DNA from: an uncultured bacterium
GTDB lineage: Bacteria > Fidelibacterota > Marinisomatia > Marinisomatales > UBA1611
NCBI GenBank assembly: GCA_943788175.1
Contig: CALSPG010000002.1
Location: 1-64,000, forward strand
Length of the DNA stretch: 64,000 bases
Reading direction: 5' to 3'
The notes beneath the pieces are model-generated. The model was not told the origin of the DNA, did not search any database, and worked only from the letters and a program-made list of their open reading frames with translations. Of this stretch, positions 1-10,767 are shown piece after piece. Made by a program: the position numbers and the translations under genes. Each line of letters begins with the position of its first letter. The first letter of the stretch is position 1.

Positions 1-856
1 GCTTTAAAGATGAAAATTGGTGAAATGCGCCTGGAATAATAATACAAAGAATTAGCCATGTAGAAATCATTTTTAAAGCTTGATCTGGACTTCCACTTCC
101 TGAAAAATTTATTATATAAAAAATAGTAAACCAAACTAACACATATATAAAAATCAATAATAACAGATTAAAAAAGCTAATTATTTCATTTTGAAAAACA
201 CCGGACAATAAACCATAAAATGACAGAAGACTAAATAACAAAATTATCAATAGAATGAAATAAAATAAAAAGCGAGCCATTAACCAGTTTCTCTTCGTTA
301 CATTACTTAGATAAATTAATTTATTAAAGTTCATATCTCTTTCTAAGCCACCAATATTAAATAACATAATAATTAACAAAATGGGTGTCAGGTATATAAG
401 AACAAAATTAAAATCTAAGGTCCCTATAGAAAGACGTTCTGGGTTTGCAATTTCTTGCGCAAGGTCGTTATCAAAAGTTGTACTCCAGTTTGATACTTTT
501 TTGTAATACCCATATTGCTCAGATTGGCCTAAACTAAATACCATCATTGGAGAAGGGTACTTAAAAGCGTACGATGGTGTATTCCAAATTGCCCAATATG
601 GAACACTAGGGTCTCTTCGCGGCTTTTTTACAGACCCTTTCTCAATTTCTTCATATTGAACTAACATTTTATCTATGTGGCTTTTGTAGCCAGATTTAAT
701 GGATATTATTTCATCATTATGTTTTTTAATTAAAGCATATCCATTTTGGCAACCATAGATAACGGCTAAAACATAAAATATTAGTGACGTAATTTTAAAG
801 GGGGATCTAGAAAAATGGGAAAATTCAATTAAAACTATTTTTAAGTATCTATTCAT
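1..856 (-). CDS. ABC transporter permease, DUF3526-like (partial, runs off window start)
   Basis: Read from the sequence: ATG at 856 overlaps the stop of the upstream ORF (ATGA); MNRYLKIVLIEFSHFSRSPFK...; resembles a paralogue of the adjacent permease. Confidence 0.7.
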   Translation of the reverse strand, partial: MNRYLKIVLIEFSHFSRSPFKITSLIFYVLAVIYGCQNGYALIKKHNDEIISIKSGYKSHIDKMLVQYEEIEKGSVKKPRRDPSVPYWAIWNTPSYAFKYPSPMMVFSLGQSEQYGYYKKVSNWSTTFDNDLAQEIANPERLSIGTLDFNFVLIYLTPILLIIMLFNIGGLERDMNFNKLIYLSNVTKRNWLMARFLFYFILLIILLFSLLSFYGLLSGVFQNEIISFFNLLLLIFIYVLVWFTIFYIINFSGSGSPDQALKMISTWLILCIIIPGAFHQFSSLK

Positions 857-2256
857 AATAAGTTGTTTTTATTTATATTAAACCTCAAAAGCAACGTAGT
901 GACAAACATCCACGTCATTAAAAAGAATATGTCCCTTATATAATGAACTATTTTCTCGTAAATACTCGGGCTTCTATAACTAAAACCTTCCACCGATTTA
1001 AAAAAGGTCTCGTCCACTGTCCATTTCCAATTTCCTGTTTTAGACCCACCGAAAGCGTGTTTATCGTTTAACTCTTTAATTAAGTATCTTCTATACTTTT
1101 CTGCTTTTTCTAAAAAATCTAAATGATGAACCATATCATTTCCACATAACCCCATGCTAAGACTTTGCAGCGACGCAAAGGGATTCAATATACCAGAAAG
1201 TTGATATAGTTTTTTTTGGCTTTTATAAATTGCATAGTTACTTCCAAAGTGTTTATCCCACACTAAATTTCCATATTCTTCGTCTTCCTGCATTACAATG
1301 CCATCGAAATTAATCGGAAGTTGTTTCAAGCTATCTACATTGTATTCTTTTAAGTATCTATTTTTTAATTTTTCACGCCTTTCATCAGTCGGATTATGGC
1401 CATCAATTCCTTTAGACCGATCTTCTTTCATAGTTGCTTTAAAATCTTGCCTACTTGGTAATGGGTAAAACTTTTCAACCGAATTTCCCCATATTCTAGG
1501 AAAGAAAATTGTCCAAATTATCCATGTAGCTAGAATTGATGATAATGCTGAAGTATTATCTTTCAAATGAGCTGAAAAATAAGTTGTCAAACAAGCAATG
1601 ACATAATAATAGCAAGCATAAGACAAGAATATGAGTGCTATACGATATAGAACTTCCTGATTAACTACGCCTAAGAAAGTTTGCGCGGAAATGGTAATCG
1701 TGAGCAAAAATAAGCCATAAAACCAGATACTAATTGATTTTGAGAAAATTAATTTGAAAAATGAGACTCCTTGGAATACTAAAAGTTTTAATCTACCACT
1801 TTCTTTTTCACTACTTATTGAACTGTAGGCCAGAAAAATAAGAAATAAAGGAATCATATATTGCAGGAGAAGAGAAGATTTAAGCTTACCAAACTTTGAT
1901 AGAGAAATAGCTTGTGAAGCTTCAGAATACACAATTTCATTTTGTACGTGGCCCTCAAGTTTTAGTACATTCCCTGTTATTGCACTTATGCCATCATCCA
2001 AACTATTTAATATGCTAATTGGTTTAAAAGCATATGATCCATAATGAGCTGCACGATGAGGATTCATCGGTTTTAAGTTGTCCCATTGACTGCGAATATG
2101 TTTCTGAGCAGATTGTTGAATTTCTTTTTGATTAATGTTTTGAACGACCCCCATCCATACAACAGATACTAAACTCAAAATAAAAAGAATTGTTATATAA
2201 ACTATTGCCTGGTTACGGACGAGGATTTTCCATTCATTTAAAATTATAGTAAGCAT
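853..2256 (-). CDS. ABC transporter permease, DUF3526-like
   Basis: NPHRAAHYG motif, EKESGRLKL ABC-2 permease motif, several TM segments; next to an ABC ATPase. Confidence 0.8.
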   Translation of the reverse strand: MLTIILNEWKILVRNQAIVYITILFILSLVSVVWMGVVQNINQKEIQQSAQKHIRSQWDNLKPMNPHRAAHYGSYAFKPISILNSLDDGISAITGNVLKLEGHVQNEIVYSEASQAISLSKFGKLKSSLLLQYMIPLFLIFLAYSSISSEKESGRLKLLVFQGVSFFKLIFSKSISIWFYGLFLLTITISAQTFLGVVNQEVLYRIALIFLSYACYYYVIACLTTYFSAHLKDNTSALSSILATWIIWTIFFPRIWGNSVEKFYPLPSRQDFKATMKEDRSKGIDGHNPTDERREKLKNRYLKEYNVDSLKQLPINFDGIVMQEDEEYGNLVWDKHFGSNYAIYKSQKKLYQLSGILNPFASLQSLSMGLCGNDMVHHLDFLEKAEKYRRYLIKELNDKHAFGGSKTGNWKWTVDETFFKSVEGFSYRSPSIYEKIVHYIRDIFFLMTWMFVTTLLLRFNINKNNLL

Positions 2257-2268
2257 AAAATAGTTCTC

Positions 2269-2985
2269 TTAAGTCTGCATGTATTCAATATAAATTTTTT
2301 CTAATTCTTCCGTTGAAACAATCGAAGTATCCATTTCTTTGACTAATTCACCACCTTTTAATATTCCAATGCGATTGCACGTTTCTCTAACACGAAAGAT
2401 ATCATGCGATGCCATTAAAACAGCTGCACCACGATTAGATATTTTTTTTAACATTGATGATAGTTCGGTGCTTGCAAGAGGATCTAAGCCACTTGCAGGC
2501 TCATCGAGAAGATAAACCTTCGCTTCTTTTGCAAGAGCAATGGCAATTCCAACCTTTTGCCTCATCCCTTTCGAGTACGTATTAACCTGTTTGTTCGTAG
2601 CAGAAAAATCCAACCCACATTCAATTAAAATTTCTGATAATTTTTTAGGAGAATAATTTTTTCCCGCAAGTTTACAAAAATAGTCTAAATTTTCGATGCC
2701 AGTTAAATAAGGATATAAATTAACATTTTCTGGAATATAGCCAATATTTTTGCGCGCATTATAGGTATCAGTAGAAGCATTAATTCCGTTCACAAATGAT
2801 TCTCCAGAATCAGGTTCTAAAAAACCAAGCAATATATTTATTGTAGTTGACTTTCCCGCTCCATTTGAACCCAGCAATCCATATATCTCCCCTTTAGGCA
2901 CCTCTAACGTGAGGTTTGAAAGAGCTTCAAAATCTTTAAATCTCTTAGTAATATTTTTCACATTAATCATAATATTTTTTTCCAT
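2269..2985 (-). CDS. ABC transporter ATP-binding protein
   Basis: Walker A GSNGAGKST, signature YSKGMRQK, Walker B LLDEP; start likely MEKNIM. Confidence 0.95.
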   Translation of the reverse strand: MEKNIMINVKNITKRFKDFEALSNLTLEVPKGEIYGLLGSNGAGKSTTINILLGFLEPDSGESFVNGINASTDTYNARKNIGYIPENVNLYPYLTGIENLDYFCKLAGKNYSPKKLSEILIECGLDFSATNKQVNTYSKGMRQKVGIAIALAKEAKVYLLDEPASGLDPLASTELSSMLKKISNRGAAVLMASHDIFRVRETCNRIGILKGGELVKEMDTSIVSTEELEKIYIEYMQT

Positions 2986-3124
2986 ACTTTTCAATAAAAA
3001 CGAACGTAAAACTTGCCTATAAAACAAGATTACAAATATATAATAGTTTCATAAAAATCTCTTTTTAATTAACTATAAATATCACACTCTTTGTACCAGA
3101 GTGTAGCTCTAACTATAAATTTAA

Positions 3125-3445
3125 TTAACTTAGATTCGGGGGAGGACGACTATGTAAATCATAAATTATTGATTTAACATAAATAATAGTGTTTGATGTA
3201 ATGCTAGCACTTATTTTTTCATCAATTGAAAGATCAAAGCTTGTCGAAATACAAATTCTCTGGATTTTATTCAAACATTTCTCACATTGATGTGAAAACG
3301 AATGATGGTTTTGACTATCACTATCTATATTACATAAACTGGACTCACTATTATGGTGGTGCAAATGTGCATCAATATGAACTGCTACTGATAAAAAGAG
3401 CATAGATATTATGCTCGTAATTAAAATTTGTAATACAATTTTCAC
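3125..3445 (-). CDS. His/Cys-rich small protein, possibly metal-binding (DUF2946-like)
   Basis: N-terminal TM, HLHHH, CEKC, terminal SRPPP; upstream of the ABC operon. Confidence 0.5.
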   Translation of the reverse strand: MKIVLQILITSIISMLFLSVAVHIDAHLHHHNSESSLCNIDSDSQNHHSFSHQCEKCLNKIQRICISTSFDLSIDEKISASITSNTIIYVKSIIYDLHSRPPPNLS

Positions 3446-3618
3446 AGATTAAAATTGCTTTAATATTTGTAAATAGTGCAATGATTTTTATCTATTTAAT
3501 ATAATTTATAAAATAATCTCCATTATGATTATTGATTTAAGTGTACAACAGATTTGTATTACTTTTTGATTCGCTCATTCTCTTGATTTTGATATCATAC
3601 AAATTAAGTCTGTAAACG

Positions 3619-3642
3619 AAAAAACCGCCATTTCAGACGGTT
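3619..3642 (-). terminator. Probable intrinsic terminator
   Basis: AACCG..CGGTT stem with an A-run on the + strand (U-tail on the - strand). Confidence 0.5.
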
Positions 3643-3791
3643 CTAATTATTTTTTTATTAAGGCGCATTTCCTTTCTTACAAGTAAAGAGACCACAACTT
3701 TAAGACCAGGTTGACGGGCACTAAGAATACCCCTTCCGGTGACATTAAAATTTTAATAAATAACCTAATCTAAAAATAGATTAGACATTTA

Positions 3792-3974
3792 TTATTTTTT
3801 CTTAATACTTAAGTTGACTGGTAAAGCTACGACTAGCCCTGCAAAAGCACCAACAACGGTAGAAGTACTCGCTGAAGATGAGATAAAACATGCAGAAGGG
3901 TCACAGCCAGCAAAAGATGCATATGCAAATCCTGCGAGGCTACCGATAGCTGTTAATATTATTGTTGTTTTCAT
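3792..3974 (-). CDS. Small membrane protein with Cys pair (DUF6132-like)
   Basis: Two TM helices flanking GCDPSACFISS. Confidence 0.55.
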   Translation of the reverse strand: MKTTIILTAIGSLAGFAYASFAGCDPSACFISSSASTSTVVGAFAGLVVALPVNLSIKKK

Positions 3975-4043
3975 ATTTTAATATACATAAAAGTTTATAA
4001 TAAATACTTTATTTTTTTAACTATGTTCATGCACTTATTTATT

Positions 4044-4259
4044 TTACGTTACATTAAATTCTCTTTTATACCACTTATAAGAAACAATAAATGTTATAAA
4101 CCCATTAACTAGTAAGAATACCGTATCATTAATTAAAAATGCATGTATCGTTAGCACTAAACTTGCCACAGCATTTATCGGAATAAATAATTTACCCCAC
4201 TTTGTCACTAATGTGATATAAGCAAGCGATAGCAAAGACAACCCAATCCATCCAATCAT
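4044..4259 (-). CDS. Small membrane protein
   Basis: Hydrophobic 71-aa ORF with GGAG RBS. Confidence 0.6.
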   Translation of the reverse strand: MIGWIGLSLLSLAYITLVTKWGKLFIPINAVASLVLTIHAFLINDTVFLLVNGFITFIVSYKWYKREFNVT

Positions 4260-4271
4260 ATAAGTATACTC

Positions 4272-5240
4272 CTAATTTATTGTTTTTAAATATTCTAAAG
4301 AACTAGGCTGCGCATGGAAGCCAAGGCTTTCATTTATTTTATACATTGGATTATTAAGTTCATTATCCGTTCGAACTTCTGATATACCCTTATCAAGCAA
4401 GTTTTGAATTGCTTTTATTTTTAAAGCTGTAGCAACCCCCTGTCTTCTAAATTTTTTTAAAACGCCAAGTGTTTCAGTCCAAGCTTTAAATGGCTCAGAT
4501 TTATAATAGATACTTAAACTTGTCATACCAATGTATTGATTATTTTTAATTGCTATGATTTCAGTGCCGTAATATTTTTCTTCAAAAAAATGTTTATCTT
4601 TCATATATCTTTCGAAGCTACGTCGTGTATGCCTTAACCCATTAGGGATTGGAATATCTTGATCAATGTTCCACTCAAGTTTTTCTAATTTTTGATAGTG
4701 ATTCGCATTATTTGAAAGACTATCTTTTGAATCAAGAAAACTTATACCCTCTTTTTCTAGCTTATCAATTAAATCTAAATAACTATCGATTTTAATATTA
4801 TTTATGTCACACGAATATTCCCTATTTTTTTGAACCACTTGGAATTGATTATTAATCAATAATTTTTCAAAATTACTATAATTGGAATGCTCATAAACTT
4901 CCGCTAATAATTTTTCGCATTTAAAAACTTTTATATTCTTAAGCATCGCTTGATAAAGAAGATCCTGATATTCAATTTTACTATATTTAGGATGGACCAT
5001 TATTTCAAAAAAAGTTGTTCTTTTATTTTCATTCTGCCCCTGATTATATGAACAAAAACCAATTAATGTATCGTTCAAATATAGAAGCAATCGATCGTGC
5101 AAAAGACTTTTGTCGCGGTGAAACCAACTTTCTTTATCATCTTCATAATGAGTGATACAATCATGTTCTACTAGATTACTAATTATAGCAATTTCCTTGA
5201 ATTCAGAATCCGTAGATGTAAACCTTTTAATATTAATCAT
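4272..5240 (-). CDS. Tandem GNAT N-acetyltransferase
   Basis: GVLKKFRRQGVATALK acetyl-CoA motif; NNPMYKINESLGF. Confidence 0.85.
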   Translation of the reverse strand: MINIKRFTSTDSEFKEIAIISNLVEHDCITHYEDDKESWFHRDKSLLHDRLLLYLNDTLIGFCSYNQGQNENKRTTFFEIMVHPKYSKIEYQDLLYQAMLKNIKVFKCEKLLAEVYEHSNYSNFEKLLINNQFQVVQKNREYSCDINNIKIDSYLDLIDKLEKEGISFLDSKDSLSNNANHYQKLEKLEWNIDQDIPIPNGLRHTRRSFERYMKDKHFFEEKYYGTEIIAIKNNQYIGMTSLSIYYKSEPFKAWTETLGVLKKFRRQGVATALKIKAIQNLLDKGISEVRTDNELNNPMYKINESLGFHAQPSSLEYLKTIN

Positions 5241-5292
5241 GAATAATGATTTTCATATAATTATGAAGATAAAAGCGAAAAAACAACGTAAC

Positions 5293-5397
5293 TTACTTTA
5301 AGCCCTCTTTCTTCATCCTCTTAGCTATTTTTTTTTCTTTGGCTGTTTTTAACGGCTTTTTCTTTTCACTTTTCTTTGCATCTTTTCCTTTTCCCAT
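5293..5397 (-). CDS. Small Lys-rich protein (34 aa)
   Basis: AAAGGAGA RBS before MGKGKDAKKSEKKKPLKTAKEKK. Confidence 0.6.
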   Translation of the reverse strand: MGKGKDAKKSEKKKPLKTAKEKKIAKRMKKEGLK

Positions 5398-5413
5398 TAT
5401 ATCTCCTTTTGGT

Positions 5414-5923
5414 TTATTTGTTTTTTTTAGAATAAGTCGTTTTTTTAGGCGCTTTATATACGAACCAGTCGTCACTCGTTATGCTATGGTAGTAATCAGC
5501 TTCATCAATTAATATTTTTGCAGTGTTTTCTTTTACCGCAGCTATCTCAACTCTCACACCTTCGGCTTTTAAATGGATAACAGTTTCAACAAAATCTGAA
5601 TCGCCAGACATAATAATAATTGTATCAACCTTTGAAGCTAATTGCGTTGCCTTAATAGTTAGTGGTATATCTGCTGATTTATGACAAGGAACCACAGATC
5701 CGTAATAATTCTCATGAAGTCTTTCTGCAAACTTTTCAGAAATTGCTCGACCTTCTCTAAAATAAATAAGTCGATTTAATCCTCGACCATTTAAAAGTTT
5801 AGGTATCAATTTATCGAAGTTTATCATTGCATTCTTTGTTTTAGACCTATCGTGTATACTACGCTCTATATTATTCCCATCGCATAAAATAGCGACAGAT
5901 TGATTTATAATTATTTCTGACAT
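5414..5923 (-). CDS. NYN domain (LabA/DUF88, PIN-like) protein
   Basis: DGNN, KSADI and SGDSDF motifs. Confidence 0.9.
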   Translation of the reverse strand: MSEIIINQSVAILCDGNNIERSIHDRSKTKNAMINFDKLIPKLLNGRGLNRLIYFREGRAISEKFAERLHENYYGSVVPCHKSADIPLTIKATQLASKVDTIIIMSGDSDFVETVIHLKAEGVRVEIAAVKENTAKILIDEADYYHSITSDDWFVYKAPKKTTYSKKNK

Positions 5924-6145
5924 GTTTTTCTCCTATTTACTTACTTGAAAAGTATTATAATTATTGCAAATAATTTCTTTTGATGTTTTAGATGATTATG
6001 AAACCGTAATTAGAGTCACTCAAATAACTTCAAATATTTTTAAACCGAAACGATTATTCAACTTAGTCCATTTTAATACTTACTGCTTCTAAAAAAAATC
6101 TATGTAATGCTATGATATAGCAAGGACTAGAAATAAATTTATAAA

Positions 6146-7255
6146 TTAGTTCGAATACTGGCGACGAACGCGAGGTTCATAGAAGTTTAATCCTAAAGTA
6201 CCTGCAAGTTTCATCACTGAAAGCAGAAAGTCCTCTCGCGCTTCTCTTTCTATCTTCCCTGAACTGATGTCCCAATACATGTTGATATTAACATCTATAC
6301 TCTGAGGACCTAAGGCCTCAACGCATGCCCAGGATGATTTTTCATTGGTGGTCTGCGAGTTATCTGTAATAATTTTAAAAATATCATTGCAAAATGTCTG
6401 AACTATGTCAGGACTACTGTCAATATCAAAATGAAAACTTGGCTGATATCTACGCCATCTACGTTTTCCATAATTTTCAACAGCTTGATTAACTAGATTA
6501 GCATTGGGTAGTGTAATGATTGTATCCACACTTGTTCGTAGTAAGGTCGTACGCAAGCCAATCTCCATTACCTCGCCTTCTACATTCTTTGTCAATATCC
6601 AATCACCAACTTTAAAAGGTCTATCGATCAGAACAGTTATTGCACCAAAAAAGTTAGAAATAGTATCTTTGGCAGCAAGAGCAAGAGCGAGACCTGAAAT
6701 ACCCATACCTGCAATAAGAGTCGCCAGATTAAAATCAAGAGCATTAGCAATCAACATCGCACCAAAAATAACAATTAAAAAGCGTAATACACTTTCAAGC
6801 GCGCTAATTAATGTTTTCTCCGTACCATCTAAGTCATCTTCATCAGCCCACCAGGCGACGACAGCACCAATCAACTCAACTTCTTTTAAAGCCCAGGCTA
6901 AAAGAGAACCTAGCATCAAAAGCTGCGATAGTGCAGGTAACCAGAAGGCAGCAATCTTTGGCATCATTACAATTGATGAACTTAAATTCATATCCATGGC
7001 AAGTTGTGTACTGAGCTGCCAAAATAAAGCCGCAGCTGCAGCAATACCGAAAAGTCCTCGACTTTCATTGATTGTTTTCGCAGCAAGCGGAGAAAGTTTT
7101 GTGAGATTACTAAAAAGACGACTAACCATTGTCATGGCTATTAATCTAAAAAGGATACTCAAAAAGAGAATGACCAAAAGAAGGCCCATCGTACCTTGAT
7201 TAAAACCCATGTACTCGTTTTCCCAACTAGGGATCAACTTTATGTATTGTTCCAT
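6146..7255 (-). CDS. Small-conductance mechanosensitive channel (MscS family)
   Basis: GLALALAAKDTISNFFGAITVLIDRPFKVGDWI. Confidence 0.95.
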   Translation of the reverse strand: MEQYIKLIPSWENEYMGFNQGTMGLLLVILFLSILFRLIAMTMVSRLFSNLTKLSPLAAKTINESRGLFGIAAAAALFWQLSTQLAMDMNLSSSIVMMPKIAAFWLPALSQLLMLGSLLAWALKEVELIGAVVAWWADEDDLDGTEKTLISALESVLRFLIVIFGAMLIANALDFNLATLIAGMGISGLALALAAKDTISNFFGAITVLIDRPFKVGDWILTKNVEGEVMEIGLRTTLLRTSVDTIITLPNANLVNQAVENYGKRRWRRYQPSFHFDIDSSPDIVQTFCNDIFKIITDNSQTTNEKSSWACVEALGPQSIDVNINMYWDISSGKIEREAREDFLLSVMKLAGTLGLNFYEPRVRRQYSN

Positions 7256-7446
7256 TAATTAAAATTCCTTACGGTAATGATGAAAAGATTTCAAACTTGT
7301 TTTTTATTTTTTATAATATCAAGCTCCCTTAAATGATAGTTATGCAATTATCATACCTAGCATATTTTTAACTATCTTTTAACTATTACAAAATTATAAA
7401 ATTTTTTAAGTATTAGCTTTTATTTAACTAAACAATGCAGCTCAGT

Positions 7447-8418
7447 TTAATATTTGTTAAAAATAGAATTTAAAAAATGCATATCCGAAACCTCAGAAAT
7501 ATTTTTAGCAACCTCAACCATTTCCCAATGCTGGCTTGCCATGCTTTCATTAGGTTCTTTGATATTGTATTTATTGAATCGCCAATAGGATAATGCTACT
7601 GCAGCATATTGGATAAATAACTGTAGACTTTCTTTTTCTTGATCAGCAAGGGGCCTTTCTCGCTGATAACCACGAACAAAAGCGCGTGCTTTATCAAGAT
7701 CGATTGTATTACTTTTTATGCAGCAACCTAATATTCCCATGCCCAATTCAAAAACGAGATAATAATTACAAGCTTCTTCAAAATCGATAAAAGCTTTGAA
7801 TGCTATCGAGTTGTTACTTGATGAAGTGAAAAGAATATTATCATAGAAAAGGTCACCGTGAATTAAGCCTTTTGGAAGACCTGAAATAATATGCCTTTTT
7901 AAATAAATCATTTCTTTTGACAGCCACGACTCGTATTCGATATCAATATTTAAACCTATAACGCTTGAAAAAAGTTCAAGCCCATAAGGATGACTAATTG
8001 GTAAATAGTCTGGTGAAGGTATTTTGTTTAGCCTAGCAACTTCGCTACCAATTTGAAATAACATAGTTTCATCTAGCTCTTTAATAACATGCCCCTCAAT
8101 GTGTCTTTTTAGCATGACAGGTTTGATTTTATTAGAAATCTTTAAGGTACTCATTCTATCATTATTTGATGTTAAAACTAAACGACTGCATGGCAAATTA
8201 TGAGATTCAAGAAACAATAGGAGTTCGCCCATTTTAGAAATTTCTTTTAAATTTTTATCATCACAAACTGTTAAAACATAGCTAGAATGGTTGTCCCTCA
8301 GTACGAAGCTAGAATTGCCGCTACCACCTTTAAGAGAATAAGATTCAACAATTTTTAAATCATATTCATCAGCTATTGATTGAATGATCTGAGGACTGAG
8401 TTTAGTGTACGTTGCCAT
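7447..8418 (-). CDS. thrB: Homoserine kinase type II / APH-family phosphotransferase
   Basis: MATYT N-terminus, LPKGLIHGDLFYDNILF, IDF. Confidence 0.75.
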   Translation of the reverse strand: MATYTKLSPQIIQSIADEYDLKIVESYSLKGGSGNSSFVLRDNHSSYVLTVCDDKNLKEISKMGELLLFLESHNLPCSRLVLTSNNDRMSTLKISNKIKPVMLKRHIEGHVIKELDETMLFQIGSEVARLNKIPSPDYLPISHPYGLELFSSVIGLNIDIEYESWLSKEMIYLKRHIISGLPKGLIHGDLFYDNILFTSSSNNSIAFKAFIDFEEACNYYLVFELGMGILGCCIKSNTIDLDKARAFVRGYQRERPLADQEKESLQLFIQYAAVALSYWRFNKYNIKEPNESMASQHWEMVEVAKNISEVSDMHFLNSIFNKY

Positions 8419-8615
8419 TGGTGTTATTTCATATTAGTTATAACAATTGAAGCTAACAATATACTTCATCAGTGTATCGTTGACATTTCGATTCAGTCAA
8501 TGCAAAGAAATATTTTTTAAAAAATGGGTATGGGTGATGAATAAAAGATGAAAAAGTGATAACTACCCTTTCCAAAGTATAAGGAGACAAGTTATTGTTA
8601 CAGTTATAAAACAGG

Positions 8616-9650
8616 TTAATTATTTAAATGAAATGATTGTAAAACTTTGCCATCCATATTTTTTAACATTAAAGAAAATGTATTTTTTACTCCATCAAAA
8701 TAAATAGCACCATAATTTTCTTCAGTAAAAGTGGCTCCAATTCTTAAGGGGCCGGCCTCCTCAGAGTTTGGATAAGATACATTAAGACTACTTGATGTCA
8801 TTTCTGAAATTAAATTTCCTTGTTTAGTTTTTAATTGATAAAACCCTCCTCTATGCCGGTCGCCTGAAAGTATAATCGTGTGCTCAGAATTCGAGTTATC
8901 AATAAGTTCAATCATTCGACCCCTCTCCAATGGCAGGTTATACCAAGATTCCCAACCGTGCCCAATAGGTAAGAACTGTATAGATGATATGATCACTCTA
9001 TAATCAACCGGATTCTCCATTTTTTTCCTAAGCCATCGCCACTGTTCAGATCCTAATATAGTAAGAGAGCTGTCTTTATTTGGTAGGTAACGCTCTTTAC
9101 CAGCAGCTCCTTTTTTATCAGTTGGTTTTAGAGCATCTCTAAATGTTCTAGTATCAAGAAAAATAAACTGAATTTTTTTTCCTTTAAAATCTCTCATTAC
9201 TTCATGATATAAACCGCTTCTATTTCGTCTCGGGTCATTCGATGGAATAGTCCAAAAGTCTAAGAACAACTCTTTTGATTTTTCTTTGTATAAATATTCC
9301 TTGCCACCATCATTTAACCCATAGTCATGATCATCCCAAATTGCTTCAAAAGGAAAGTCAATTTTCATCTTGTTAAAATTTTGTTTTTGGCGATGATAGG
9401 CTGATGCAAGCTCTTCAAGACCTTCCGCTTTACTATCCCCATAGACATTATCACCAATCATTAAGAAAAGATCAAAATCCTCAGATTTTATGGCATTAAA
9501 GATTGGCATTGGTTTGTCTTGACTCAAGCAAGACCCGAACCCAATTCTCATTTGATTTGGGTTATCAAACATATTGTTAATTTTAGTGGGTTTTTGTGAG
9601 GAGCAACCCCAAATATTGAATATTAAAAGAATAAATAAATATTTTTTCAT
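8616..9650 (-). CDS. PhoD-like alkaline phosphatase, lipoprotein
   Basis: FGSC, GDNVYGD, WDDHD, LDTR, SGDRH motifs; MKKYLFI signal peptide. Confidence 0.9.
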   Translation of the reverse strand: MKKYLFILLIFNIWGCSSQKPTKINNMFDNPNQMRIGFGSCLSQDKPMPIFNAIKSEDFDLFLMIGDNVYGDSKAEGLEELASAYHRQKQNFNKMKIDFPFEAIWDDHDYGLNDGGKEYLYKEKSKELFLDFWTIPSNDPRRNRSGLYHEVMRDFKGKKIQFIFLDTRTFRDALKPTDKKGAAGKERYLPNKDSSLTILGSEQWRWLRKKMENPVDYRVIISSIQFLPIGHGWESWYNLPLERGRMIELIDNSNSEHTIILSGDRHRGGFYQLKTKQGNLISEMTSSSLNVSYPNSEEAGPLRIGATFTEENYGAIYFDGVKNTFSLMLKNMDGKVLQSFHLNN

Positions 9651-9737
9651 AGTTTAAAAAATACCAACTATTTATAAAAAACAGTAATTAAATAATGCAA
9701 AAAGGCTAATTGCAGATACTAAAACAACTTCAATAAT

Positions 9738-10763
9738 TCAATTCAGATTATATGTTCTGCCCTCTAAAGTTCTTCGGAAAAATCGTTTGTTTTTAATAAT
9801 TAACAATTCTCCATATTTTCCTTTTTTAATACTTGAGTCTACACCAATGATTTTATTATCATATAACTGAACAACCTTTTTATTTGATGTATGCCCCACA
9901 ACAATATGATTGGCATCAACCAACTTTAATATATTTGAAATATCTGTGTCTATTAATACTCCTTCAAAATAACCACGATACCAAATCAAACTATTACTAC
10001 CAAAATACATATTATACAGATCTTTTAATTGCCCATTTTTTCTAAAATTTCTTAGTTCTTTAAGCCGCGGAATGGACTTTCTCATTGTATTATTTATTTT
10101 ATTGATATTAAAACCTTCCTGAGAAATAAAATCTTCGGATATACCTCCATGCGTAAAAAGGATATCGTTTATTTTAACAATCGTTGACTTTGAACGTAAC
10201 CATCTACCAATAATGGTATTATCACCATACAATTGATCATATTCTAAATTCAACAATTTTGAGACAATATTGTATTTTTCATGGATATATCGTAAGTCGT
10301 TATAAAGGACCATATACTCATGATTACCGAGCAGATAATGGACCCGTCCACCAGCATTTTTCGCTTGCATTTCAAGTTCATAAATAAACCAAAGTATCTC
10401 ATTGACTTTATCTCCTCTATCAAAAATGTCACCAACAATCACAAAATGACCTTTACCAAAGCTCCAATTAAGATTTTTGTCAATTATTTTATTATTTTGT
10501 AATAATTCAATCAACAAATCATATTGACCATGAATATCACTCAATGCAGCAATTTTTTTCACTCGGTTAAAAGAAGACTTTCCCGCGTCGTAAAGTGTGT
10601 CATACGAGCTTGCTTTTAAGTTTTTTAAAATGACCTTACTACTGATTATGTTTTTTTCAATAAGTTTATTTTTTTCGATAAAAATATAAGGTCCATCAGA
10701 AATAGTTTGTTCTTTTCCGAAACATAAACCAATAAATAAAAGAATGAATAGATATTTTTTCAT
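9738..10763 (-). CDS. Secreted calcineurin-like metallophosphoesterase
   Basis: DIHG, GDIFDRG, GNHE, HGG, GHT motifs; MKKYLFI signal peptide. Confidence 0.9.
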   Translation of the reverse strand: MKKYLFILLFIGLCFGKEQTISDGPYIFIEKNKLIEKNIISSKVILKNLKASSYDTLYDAGKSSFNRVKKIAALSDIHGQYDLLIELLQNNKIIDKNLNWSFGKGHFVIVGDIFDRGDKVNEILWFIYELEMQAKNAGGRVHYLLGNHEYMVLYNDLRYIHEKYNIVSKLLNLEYDQLYGDNTIIGRWLRSKSTIVKINDILFTHGGISEDFISQEGFNINKINNTMRKSIPRLKELRNFRKNGQLKDLYNMYFGSNSLIWYRGYFEGVLIDTDISNILKLVDANHIVVGHTSNKKVVQLYDNKIIGVDSSIKKGKYGELLIIKNKRFFRRTLEGRTYNLN

Positions 10764-10767
10764 AAAA

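Noticed and set aside
3700-3740. tRNA-Sec, SRP RNA or a named riboswitch
   Set aside because: Only partial word matches; the diagnostic motifs (T-loop, GGAAGGAAGCAGC, etc.) are missing.
6504-7199. Plus-strand 231-aa ORF and other antisense or nested ORFs in the track (e.g. 24130, 35716, 39540, 50000, 55700, 60175, 63270)
   Set aside because: They are shadows of well-supported genes on the opposite strand or frame, with no motifs.
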